Virus record (IMG/VR): IMGVR_UViG_3300044513_001904
Coordinates: 1 to 27,256 of that record
Reading direction: 5' to 3' (one strand)
Origin: a virus
Lineage: Duplodnaviria > Caudoviricetes
DNA length: 27,256 nucleotides
Every line of letters starts with the position of its first letter. Position 1 is the first letter of the stretch. The position numbers were made by a program, and so were the translations under genes. Positions 17,449 to 25,841 of this stretch are shown one piece after another. The notes under the pieces are model-generated. The model saw only the letters and a list, made by a program, of their open reading frames with translations, had not been told where the DNA came from and did not search any database.

Positions 17449-17843
17449 TGGCACACTACGCACTTTTGAATGAATATAATGTTGTTGTAAATGTAATCGG
17501 TGGCCCACATGAGAATGAGGGAACTGATTGGGAACAACATTATGCTGAGATTACTGGATTGAAATGTAAGAGAACCAGTTGGAATATGTCTGCTGGCGTA
17601 CATCTTGAAGGGAAAGAACCATTCAGAAAGAATTATGCATCTGTCGGATTTACCTATGATGAAGATAGAGATGCTTTCATTCCTCCCAAACAATTTGATT
17701 CTTGGGTTCTGAATGAAGAGACCTGCCGCTGGGATCCTCCTATCCCATCTCCAGACGGTCACTACGTTTGGAATGATGAGACTGAATCCTGGGACGGGCC
17801 CTTTGAGACCATCACTGAGATGCCCCTTGACGGGCTGCCCTGA
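17448..17843 (+). CDS. Conserved phage protein accompanying glycine-rich fibre genes
   Basis: MAHYALL..NVVVNVI, KRTSWN, PFRKNYASVGFTYDEDRDAFIPPK, SWVLNEETCRWDPPIP and YVWNDETESW. TAATG-coupled. Confidence 0.8.
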   Translation: MAHYALLNEYNVVVNVIGGPHENEGTDWEQHYAEITGLKCKRTSWNMSAGVHLEGKEPFRKNYASVGFTYDEDRDAFIPPKQFDSWVLNEETCRWDPPIPSPDGHYVWNDETESWDGPFETITEMPLDGLP

Positions 17844-17855
17844 CCGTGCTATAAT
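17827..17855 (+). promoter_or_regulatory. Sigma70-type (early) promoter
   Basis: TTGACG (17827-17832), 17-nt spacer, extended TGn, then TATAAT (17850-17855). Confidence 0.88.
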
Positions 17856-17881
17856 ACATAGGTAATCAAGCAAAGCGCACC

Positions 17882-18076
17882 ATGCCCGAGCAACTCCTGG
17901 AATCCGTTGCTATCGATCTCTGCACCCGCTCTGTCCTTCTGACTGCTGATGATGGTAGTGAGAAGATGGTTGAGTGCGACACTCTGGACGAGTTCATGAA
18001 TGTTCTTGAGTTTGTTCGCGCTATTGTTCCCGATGACCGTATCGTTTATGCCGAAGTGGCAACTACCCTGCGATGA
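17882..18076 (+). CDS. Conserved cyanophage hypothetical protein (64 aa)
   Basis: IDLCTRSVLL..DDGSEKMVECDTLDEFMNVLEFVR. First gene downstream of the sigma70 promoter. Confidence 0.8.
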   Translation: MPEQLLESVAIDLCTRSVLLTADDGSEKMVECDTLDEFMNVLEFVRAIVPDDRIVYAEVATTLR

Positions 18077-18258
18077 TTGAGATTACTGTACAAGAATTTG
18101 AAGAAAAATTTGAAGAGTTTGTAGATAGGGCTGGTGAGGGAGAATCTTTCCTCATCCAGAATCCTGGGGGTAACTTAATCTTAGTTCCATATGATGATTA
18201 CTGTGATGCAGAGTTAAAGAACCTTTATTGCACAGGCACTAATTGTGCTGATGGATAA
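18073..18258 (+). CDS. Phd/YefM antitoxin-like small protein
   Basis: MIEITVQEFEEKFEEFVDRAGEGESFLIQ...LILVPY follows the Phd N-terminal pattern. ATGA overlap with the upstream gene. Confidence 0.55.
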   Translation: MIEITVQEFEEKFEEFVDRAGEGESFLIQNPGGNLILVPYDDYCDAELKNLYCTGTNCADG

Positions 18259-18343
18259 GGGAGCGTGGCGGAATCGGTAGACGCACCTGACTTAAAATCA
18301 GTTGGGCATTGTGCCCGTGGGAGTTCAAGTCTCCCCGTTCCTA
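18259..18343 (+). tRNA. tRNA-Leu(UAA), intron-less, CCA not encoded
   Basis: Acceptor GGGAGCG/CGTTCCT plus discriminator A; D-arm GGCGGAATCGGTAGACGC; anticodon loop CT-TAA-AA (18293-18295); long variable arm GGGCA-TTG-TGCCC; T-arm GGGAG-TTCAAGT-CTCCC. Confidence 0.96.
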
Positions 18344-18356
18344 TTAGGAGAATGTC

Positions 18357-18998
18357 ATGTGGAATGATTACTCAGACTATCTGTACCACAAACTTAATTT
18401 AGAAGTTGTTGATGTAGGTCATACCATAGGAAAGGATGATGCTGTCCTAGGGTCTGGTTTATATGTCGGTGATCACATATTGAAGTCTAGGGCCACTATC
18501 ATTAGTGCTGGTCCTACAGAAATATACAATAACATTGTCTATCCAAAGACGGGTCAGAATCTTCCATGCTTGGGTATGGATCTGATGTGCTTCTTTGAGA
18601 AGAAAGTTATTGTTGTATTTGATTTCCAGCATCCAACACCACACTTTGATTGGTACAATCCTTTCATGACTTGCCATCTTGGTGAGATGTTGGATAATAG
18701 TCCAAAAGATATCAGATTCTTTGAGCCTGGTAATCACTTCTCTAGGTACATCTATGTTCGTAAGTGTACTGTCGATGAGATTCCCAATCATCTGGAATAC
18801 TTCAAAAAGTATGTTGATGTCTATAAGAAACTGTTAGATTCAGCAAAACCAACTGGTGAAGATGAATCGGTTTATAAAGATTTTGATGATTATATGCTGA
18901 ACTTAGATCCAGTGGCAGGATATCTTGGCAGTAAGTTTGGGAAAGAGTTCTCTGACAAATATGTAAGGGAGTTTTTATTCTCTTATGCATCCGTCTAA
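18357..18998 (+). CDS. pebS: Phycoerythrobilin synthase (ferredoxin-dependent bilin reductase)
   Basis: IYNNIVYPKTG, LPCLGMDLM, KKVIVVFDFQHP, RFFEPGNHFS, DFDDYM.NLDPV.GY and EFLFSY match PebS as I recall it, including both catalytic Asp residues. SD AGGAG at 18346-18350. Confidence 0.92.
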   Translation: MWNDYSDYLYHKLNLEVVDVGHTIGKDDAVLGSGLYVGDHILKSRATIISAGPTEIYNNIVYPKTGQNLPCLGMDLMCFFEKKVIVVFDFQHPTPHFDWYNPFMTCHLGEMLDNSPKDIRFFEPGNHFSRYIYVRKCTVDEIPNHLEYFKKYVDVYKKLLDSAKPTGEDESVYKDFDDYMLNLDPVAGYLGSKFGKEFSDKYVREFLFSYASV

Positions 18999-19001
18999 AT
19001 A
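18995..19001 (+). promoter_or_regulatory. Candidate late promoter (CTAAATA)
   Basis: Overlaps the pebS stop codon, 30 nt before ATG 19032. Confidence 0.65.
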
Positions 19002-19031
19002 CTGTAGGATGATTTTGAGCAGACTAGCGCA

Positions 19032-22000
19032 ATGCCTCTCAGTAAGTTAGAGAATCTTATTAAGAATACAGAAGGACGTATTCTATATGTTAACCCCAAT
19101 GATATTGATGCTACTGATGGCATTGAGAATCAGGGAAACTCATTAGCGAGACCCTTCAAAACTATTCAACGTGCGTTAATTGAAGCGGCTCGATTCTCTT
19201 ATGTTAAGGGAAATGAGAATGATCTGATCAATAGAACAACTATTCTGTGCTTCCCTGGTGAGCACATTATTGATAACAGACCTGGATTCTATATTAAAGA
19301 TGACAGTGGTACTGCAAGATCTGTATCTCCTGCTGGTACTGTAGCCCTCGCTCAAGATACATTTGCATTATCTTTGCAAAGTGTATTTGATCTTGGTACA
19401 GAAGATAACATCCTGTACAAGTTTAACAGTGTCAATGGTGGTATTATCATCCCTCGCGGTACTTCCATTGTTGGTTTAGATCTTCGTAAGACAAAGATCC
19501 GTCCTAAGTATGTTCCCAACCCAACCGATACTGATGTATCTGGTTCTACTATTTTCCGTGTAACTGGTGGTTGCTACTTTAACTCTTTCACCTTCTTCGA
19601 TGGTGATGAGAACAGCCAAGTTTACACAGATCCCTCAGACTTTGGTACTGGAAACAGATCCAGACCTTTATTCTCTCACCACAAACTCGCCTGCTTTGAG
19701 TTTGCTGATGGTGTCAACATTGTCGATGGTTATACTCTTACCGACCTCGACATGTATTATGCTAAGTTGAGCAATGCGTTCAACACTGCATCTGGTAGAG
19801 ACGTTGATCAGAAGTTCCCCAGCTTACCTGGAGGATTCACAAGTCAGAGACCTGAGTATGAGATTGTAGGTGCATTTGCTCCTGACGCTATCTCTATTAC
19901 CAGTCTTACATCTGGTGATGGTGTTACTGCTGGTGCGGTTGTTACTGTCTCTACTGCATCTGAGCACGGCCTGACTGTAGGAACACCAATCAAACTTAGA
20001 GGTGTTATTCCTCTGGAGTACAATATCTCTACGATTGTAACTTCAGTAATTAACTCCACATCCTTCACATACACACTTCCCAAAGTTCCTCCTCTTCTCG
20101 GTGGAACTGGTGCTGTTTCTGGTGCAACAGTTACTGTTGAGACTGATACTGTATCTGGTGCATCTCCTTACATCTTTAACGTATCTCTGCGTTCCGTTTA
20201 TGGTATGAACGGAATCCTTGGAGATGGTGCAAATTCAACTGGATTCAAGTCACTTGTTCTTGCACAGTTTACTGCTATCTCCCTGCAGAAGGATGACCGT
20301 GCATTCGTTAAGTATAACGAGGTCTCCAGACTTTATGAAGGTATCACTCTCAACAGAGTAACAGGTTCTGACCTTCCCGAGGGATCCAGTTCTACATCTT
20401 CCTCCTCTGTCTATCACTTAGACTCCAGAGCAGTCTATAGAGAGGGATGGGAAACTTCTCACATTAAGATGACCAATGATGCGATCTTCCAGATCGTTTC
20501 TGTATTCGCTATTGGTTTCAATAAGCACTTTGCGGCTGAGTCTGGTGCTGACGCATCTATCACCAACTCCAACTCTAACTTCGGTCAGATTGCACTTGTT
20601 TCTGATGGATTCAAGGCAGAAGCATTTACTAAGGATGATCAAGGTTATATTACTTCGATCATTGCTCCTAAAGCAGTACTGCCTACAGAAACAAACGTTG
20701 AATATCTGACACTCGATGTTGGTCTGACCACGGCTGTAGGTGTTTCAAGTCACCTGTATCTGTTTGGATACAATGAGAAAGACGTTCTGCCTCTCAATGT
20801 AACTCAAGGTTATAGAGTAGGTTCTCGTATTGAGGATAAACTCTATCTCAAGATTGTTAATAATGATATTGCAAGTGCTCGCATTGAGATGGTCAACACC
20901 GACATGTCTGTCGGTTCTGGTAATACTGTAGCATTTGGTGATGCTTCTTCTGAGAAGTCTTACACTATCAATAGTGTTATTTCTAGTGAACTGTCGATTG
21001 CTGGTGCTTCGGTAGACATTCAAACTGGTGAGAAGATTAGACTTATCAGTGACGATGGTGACCTCCCCGAGAACATCGAAGAGAACACAATCTACTTTGC
21101 GATTAAGACTGGAGCCACAACATATAAAGTTGCATCCACACTGTCTGACGCTCTGAAGAATGAGAGCATCGCAATTTATGGTGGAACAAACCTAACACTT
21201 GTTTCTAGAGTATCTGATAAAGTTGCTGGTGATCTTGGACATCCTCTCCAGTTTGACGAAGTAAATAGCAACTGGTATCTCCACACTGAAACGAATAGTG
21301 GAATCTATACAAGTTTCGTTGCTCAAGGTGTAGCAGGATTGGGTGGTGCTCAGTCCAATGTATCTTTTGTCAAGAGAGTTGTTGATAACAGAGGTCTGGA
21401 CGATAAGGTATACAAAGTAAGATACTTTATTCCCAAGGAAGTTCCTGATGCTCGTGATCCTAGAGAAGGATTTGTTCTGCAACAGACAGCAAACACTGGA
21501 GTAAGAACTGATACTGACTTTACAATTACTGGCATTAATACATCTGATTATGCCTTTAATCGTAACCCTTCGTTTATCTCTTCCTGTACTGCATCTGGTG
21601 GTACAGTAACTGTCATCACGAATCAGGACCACAAGTTATTCACTGGTGACACTGTTGTAATCAAGAACTCTACATCTACAACCAACACTGTTGGGGCTGC
21701 GAATAGTGGATTCAACGGTAGATTCCTTGTTTCTGGTGTAACTGACAGTAAGACATTCACCTACAATGTAACTGATACAAAGGGAATTGTACACCTTCCT
21801 GGTGACTTAACCAACGATATTAATACAAGATCTGGCAGTCTGCCTAGATTTGAGAGAGGTGATCTTCAGTCTAACTTGTATGTCTTCCGTAGTGAAGTCA
21901 TTCAGAGATATGTACCTGGATCGAGAGATGGTGTCTATCACCTGTATCTCTTGAAGGCTGACAATGCCATTGATAATGAATTCACAACTAAGAAGTTTAG

Positions 22001-24197
22001 TTCTGCTGTTGAGAACTTCTATCCTCAACTTGATAAGGATAATCTCAACCCCAATCCTAGATCTGCTAAGTCTTTTGCTAAGCGTACTCCCATTGGTGAT
22101 GTTGCAACTGATGATCTGAGAAAGAGTGTTACGAGAGAAACTATTGATACTTTCGTAAACAAACTTGGACTTGGTAATACTATTACAGCAGTCAATAGAA
22201 GCACTGTTGCTGGTATCACAACTGTAACTCTTGAAAGATCTCACGGTCTTGCTGGTATTGTAACCTATTCTACTCTCACTGGTGGTAGTGGATTTACTGC
22301 TGGTACATATGAGCAGGTTAAACTGCTTAATGAATCGTCTGCATGGTATGGTGCTAAGGCCAGAGTTACAGTATCTGGTGCTGGTGCAGTCAATAACGTA
22401 ATTGTTACTGCTCCTGGTGCTGGTTATACCTCTGGACAAGTATTGAATATTGATGGATTCTCTGGTGCTAGTGTAACGTTAGCAACGTCTGGTATCAAGA
22501 CAGCAGGGGATTTTGCAATTCAAGTAACTGGTGTTGGTAACACTACTTCCGCAACTTATAAGATCTTCAGTATTCCTTCAAATACTCAAGTTGCATTTGC
22601 ATTTACTTCTGGAGATCCTACGGCAGTTATCAATCAGTACGTCTACAACTGTGGATCCAGTGCTGCAATCGGTACAGTTGCTTATAGTGCTGCGGCTGGT
22701 ATTGCAACATTTACTTGCAACAATGCACACGGTCTGCTTGCTGGTAACTCCTTCAGATTGATTGACAGTAATAACAACAACATTGGTGAATACTTCGTCA
22801 ATGACGTTATTGGCATCAAAACATTCTCTTCCAGAGTAATCAACTCCGATGTAGTTACCAACATTGGTAGAGTTCTTCCCGTTGCATTTGGTGCAAAAGG
22901 ACAAGACATCAGTGCAGAATCTGAGGCCTTTGGTGGTAGACAGTTTACATTCTTTGCGAATGAGGTTGCTTCTCTGGTCGCTGATATCACTGACGCTGAT
23001 ACAGCAAACACTATTAGACTTTCCTCCGCTGGTATCAGCACTGCTGCAAGATTCCCCCTGGGATCTTATGTGATGATCGATGATGAAGTAATGAGAATTA
23101 CTACATCCTCTCTGTCTGGTGCTAGCAATGACAGTCTGAATGTTATTCGCGGTTACTTCGGTACTCCCAAGTCTTCTCACAAGGCTGGTTCTCAAATCAG
23201 AAGAGTTGAACCTCTCCCCGTAGAACTAAGAAGAAACTCTATTCTTAGAGCATCTGGTCATACGTTTGAATATCTTGGTTACGGCCCTGGTAACTACTCC
23301 ACTGGTCTTCCTCAGGTTCAGACAATTACTCTTACTGAAAGAGAGACATTCCTTGCACAGTCGCAAGAAAGAAGTGCTGGTGTAGTTGTTTACACTGGTA
23401 TGAACAACGATGGTGACTTCTATATTGGTAACAAGAAGATCAACTCTGCTAATGGTACTGAGGAAGTCTTTGACGTTCCTGTTCCCACCACAACTGGTGA
23501 GCAAAGTGCAAGACTTGCTGTTATCTTTGACGAAGTAACTATTAAGGACTCCCTGATTGTTGAGGGTGGTTCTAATAATGCTCTGGTATCACAGTTTGAT
23601 GGTCCTGTTACCTTCAACCAGATTGTTCGTGCAAACAATGAGTTCAAACTCACATCTCTGAATGTAAGTGGTAACACAACACTTGAGGGTAACTTAACTG
23701 TCAATGGTTGGGGATTGTTTGGAAATGTACAACTGGGGCTCTCCAGTGCAACCACGATTGATACATCCACTGGTGATCTGATTCTTGACGCTCCCACTGG
23801 ATATAAAGTTGCTATTGATACAACAACACAGTTTAATGCTGATGTTCTTATCAATGGAGAACTGCAAGTAACGGGTGACATTACAGCATTCTATAGTTCT
23901 GACGAAAGACTGAAGAACAATATTCATCCTATTAAGGATCCTCTTGAGAAGGTAATGTCTCTCAGTGGTAACACCTTCACCTGGAATGAAAAGTCTAAGT
24001 ATAATGGCACGGAAGATGTAGGTCTGATCGCTCAAGAAGTTGAAGCAGTCCTGCCTGAAGCCGTAACTGAAAAAGATAACGGATACCTTGGTGTTCGTTA
24101 CGAGAGAGTCATTCCTCTCTTGGTTGAAGCAGTGAAAGAACTCTCTGGTAGAGTTAATGAGATTGAAGATGCAATCTCACTTGATGATGAAGAATAA
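19032..24197 (+). CDS. Large virion structural / tail-fibre protein with C-terminal peptidase S74 intramolecular chaperone
   Basis: 1721 aa. N-terminal MPLSKLEN and YVNPND..NQGNSLARPFKTIQRAL, repeated HGL beta-domains, and C-terminal GDITAFYSSDERLKNNI...GLIAQEVEAVLPEAV...YERVIPLLVEAVKEL. Confidence 0.88.
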   Translation: MPLSKLENLIKNTEGRILYVNPNDIDATDGIENQGNSLARPFKTIQRALIEAARFSYVKGNENDLINRTTILCFPGEHIIDNRPGFYIKDDSGTARSVSPAGTVALAQDTFALSLQSVFDLGTEDNILYKFNSVNGGIIIPRGTSIVGLDLRKTKIRPKYVPNPTDTDVSGSTIFRVTGGCYFNSFTFFDGDENSQVYTDPSDFGTGNRSRPLFSHHKLACFEFADGVNIVDGYTLTDLDMYYAKLSNAFNTASGRDVDQKFPSLPGGFTSQRPEYEIVGAFAPDAISITSLTSGDGVTAGAVVTVSTASEHGLTVGTPIKLRGVIPLEYNISTIVTSVINSTSFTYTLPKVPPLLGGTGAVSGATVTVETDTVSGASPYIFNVSLRSVYGMNGILGDGANSTGFKSLVLAQFTAISLQKDDRAFVKYNEVSRLYEGITLNRVTGSDLPEGSSSTSSSSVYHLDSRAVYREGWETSHIKMTNDAIFQIVSVFAIGFNKHFAAESGADASITNSNSNFGQIALVSDGFKAEAFTKDDQGYITSIIAPKAVLPTETNVEYLTLDVGLTTAVGVSSHLYLFGYNEKDVLPLNVTQGYRVGSRIEDKLYLKIVNNDIASARIEMVNTDMSVGSGNTVAFGDASSEKSYTINSVISSELSIAGASVDIQTGEKIRLISDDGDLPENIEENTIYFAIKTGATTYKVASTLSDALKNESIAIYGGTNLTLVSRVSDKVAGDLGHPLQFDEVNSNWYLHTETNSGIYTSFVAQGVAGLGGAQSNVSFVKRVVDNRGLDDKVYKVRYFIPKEVPDARDPREGFVLQQTANTGVRTDTDFTITGINTSDYAFNRNPSFISSCTASGGTVTVITNQDHKLFTGDTVVIKNSTSTTNTVGAANSGFNGRFLVSGVTDSKTFTYNVTDTKGIVHLPGDLTNDINTRSGSLPRFERGDLQSNLYVFRSEVIQRYVPGSRDGVYHLYLLKADNAIDNEFTTKKFSSAVENFYPQLDKDNLNPNPRSAKSFAKRTPIGDVATDDLRKSVTRETIDTFVNKLGLGNTITAVNRSTVAGITTVTLERSHGLAGIVTYSTLTGGSGFTAGTYEQVKLLNESSAWYGAKARVTVSGAGAVNNVIVTAPGAGYTSGQVLNIDGFSGASVTLATSGIKTAGDFAIQVTGVGNTTSATYKIFSIPSNTQVAFAFTSGDPTAVINQYVYNCGSSAAIGTVAYSAAAGIATFTCNNAHGLLAGNSFRLIDSNNNNIGEYFVNDVIGIKTFSSRVINSDVVTNIGRVLPVAFGAKGQDISAESEAFGGRQFTFFANEVASLVADITDADTANTIRLSSAGISTAARFPLGSYVMIDDEVMRITTSSLSGASNDSLNVIRGYFGTPKSSHKAGSQIRRVEPLPVELRRNSILRASGHTFEYLGYGPGNYSTGLPQVQTITLTERETFLAQSQERSAGVVVYTGMNNDGDFYIGNKKINSANGTEEVFDVPVPTTTGEQSARLAVIFDEVTIKDSLIVEGGSNNALVSQFDGPVTFNQIVRANNEFKLTSLNVSGNTTLEGNLTVNGWGLFGNVQLGLSSATTIDTSTGDLILDAPTGYKVAIDTTTQFNADVLINGELQVTGDITAFYSSDERLKNNIHPIKDPLEKVMSLSGNTFTWNEKSKYNGTEDVGLIAQEVEAVLPEAVTEKDNGYLGVRYERVIPLLVEAVKELSGRVNEIEDAISLDDEE

Positions 24198-24200
24198 ATA
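24194..24200 (+). promoter_or_regulatory. Candidate late promoter (ATAAATA)
   Basis: AATAAATA overlapping the upstream stop codon, 20 nt before ATG 24221. Confidence 0.65.
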
Positions 24201-24220
24201 ACTCTAAAACCGGCAGTGTA

Positions 24221-25840
24221 ATGGCATCGAACTTCCGTAAATCATTTAATTTTCGTGATGGAATGCAGGTGGCGACCGATGATTTGGTCGTCTCCTCTAA
24301 TAAGGTTGGCGTAGGTACAACGGCTCCAGCAAGAAACCTATCTGTATATGGTTCTTCTGAGTTTGTTGGTGTTGCAACGTTCACAGATGCCTTCCATGTA
24401 GGCGCTGCTGCTACATTTGTCGGACCCGTAACTTTAGGTCCTAGTGTTACTGTTAGTGCTGCTGGTTCTGTCACTGCTGTTAATTTCTATGGTGACGGTG
24501 CTACACTATCTAACCTTCCCACATCTCAGTGGGTTGATACAGATGTAGGTCTTGGATTTACCTCGATTTATGCAACTGGAAGTGTTGGAGTAGGTACAAC
24601 CGATCCGAGACATACTTTCCAGATTGCTGGTGATCCTATCACTGGCGGAAGTGGTTATACTTTAGGTGTTGCATTCGATGACTTCGGTAACCAGTATGCT
24701 GCTGGTATCATTACTGCAAATAGATTCAGTGGTAATTTAGAGGCAACATTCCTGACAGGAACAATTCCTGAAGCAAGATTGCCAGAGAACTTCCAAGTTG
24801 CTGGTATTATCTCCGCTCTTACAAACTTTACTGGTGATGTCATTGGTACAGCACTCAATGCAAGAAACCTTGTAGACTTCCCCGACATTGGTGTTACTGG
24901 ACTTGGGGCCACTAACATCAACGTAACTGGTGTAACTACATCAGCAACTGTACATGTAGGCACATCTGGTACTGGATTCGCTGCACTGAGCAGTGGAAAG
25001 ATTGGTGTTGGAACTGCACTCCCAACGTCTGATATTGCAGTTAGAAAAGAATTCCTTGGTACTGCAGAAGTTGTATCTAACAAGGGACCAGCAAGAGTTG
25101 CTGTAGGTCAGAGCGTTGGTGTTGGCCAAAGCACTGGTATGATTCGCTTTGGTGCTACTGCAAATACCTTTGACGTTGTTAACAACTCCTGGGGTAATTT
25201 AAACTTTGTTTTACATGGTGGACCTGCTATTCCTAATGGCGTAGTAGGACAAAGCACTGGACGTTTTGGATTTGTTTATGGACAAACCAATGCTGAGGTA
25301 GCATCTCTTACCTATGATGGTTATCTTGGTGTTGGACAAACGCAACCATCTTACAACTTAGATGTAACAGGAACTGGTAGATTCACCAGCAATGTTAATG
25401 TTGATGGCAACTTAGTAGTTACTGGTAACATTTCTGGTGGAACGTACACACTACCAAGCATTGTCAATAGTCTGAATGTATACAATGCATCTGGTGTTTC
25501 TACATTCGCCAATCTTAAGGCAACGATTACGGCTGACTTTACTGCATGTAATTTTGTAGGTGTCAACACTCTTGGAGTTGGAACTGATACCGCTCAGGCT
25601 AACACTGGATTGACAGTTAAGAATAATGCTGTAATTAACAAAGTTGAGATTGACGATACATTATATTGTGGTGCTACTGGATCTGGTATCGGCACATTCT
25701 TAGGATCTGTTACTGCTGTAAATGGATTCAAGAGTACAGCTAGTGCTCCTCGTGCTATTGAAATAGACTTTGCATCTTCCCCCAACAGAATTATCTTTAC
25801 CGTTCAAGGTATTGGTGTAACCACACTACTCCTGTATTGA
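24221..25840 (+). CDS. Tail fibre protein
   Basis: Repeated VGVGTT.P / IGVGT..P fibre motifs, FYGDGATLSNLP, and G/T/V-rich beta composition. Confidence 0.8.
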   Translation: MASNFRKSFNFRDGMQVATDDLVVSSNKVGVGTTAPARNLSVYGSSEFVGVATFTDAFHVGAAATFVGPVTLGPSVTVSAAGSVTAVNFYGDGATLSNLPTSQWVDTDVGLGFTSIYATGSVGVGTTDPRHTFQIAGDPITGGSGYTLGVAFDDFGNQYAAGIITANRFSGNLEATFLTGTIPEARLPENFQVAGIISALTNFTGDVIGTALNARNLVDFPDIGVTGLGATNINVTGVTTSATVHVGTSGTGFAALSSGKIGVGTALPTSDIAVRKEFLGTAEVVSNKGPARVAVGQSVGVGQSTGMIRFGATANTFDVVNNSWGNLNFVLHGGPAIPNGVVGQSTGRFGFVYGQTNAEVASLTYDGYLGVGQTQPSYNLDVTGTGRFTSNVNVDGNLVVTGNISGGTYTLPSIVNSLNVYNASGVSTFANLKATITADFTACNFVGVNTLGVGTDTAQANTGLTVKNNAVINKVEIDDTLYCGATGSGIGTFLGSVTAVNGFKSTASAPRAIEIDFASSPNRIIFTVQGIGVTTLLLY

Positions 25841-25841
25841 T

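Noticed and set aside
18259-18343. Group I intron in tRNA-Leu(UAA), or an attachment site
   Set aside because: The anticodon loop is uninterrupted. No integrase or duplicated tRNA 3' end was noticed in the window.
17208-25785. Many antisense ORFs over the fibre genes (e.g. 17208-17873, 21807-22439, 22578-23195)
   Set aside because: They are explained by codon bias of the Gly/Thr/Ser/Val-rich sense genes, which depletes stops on the opposite strand.
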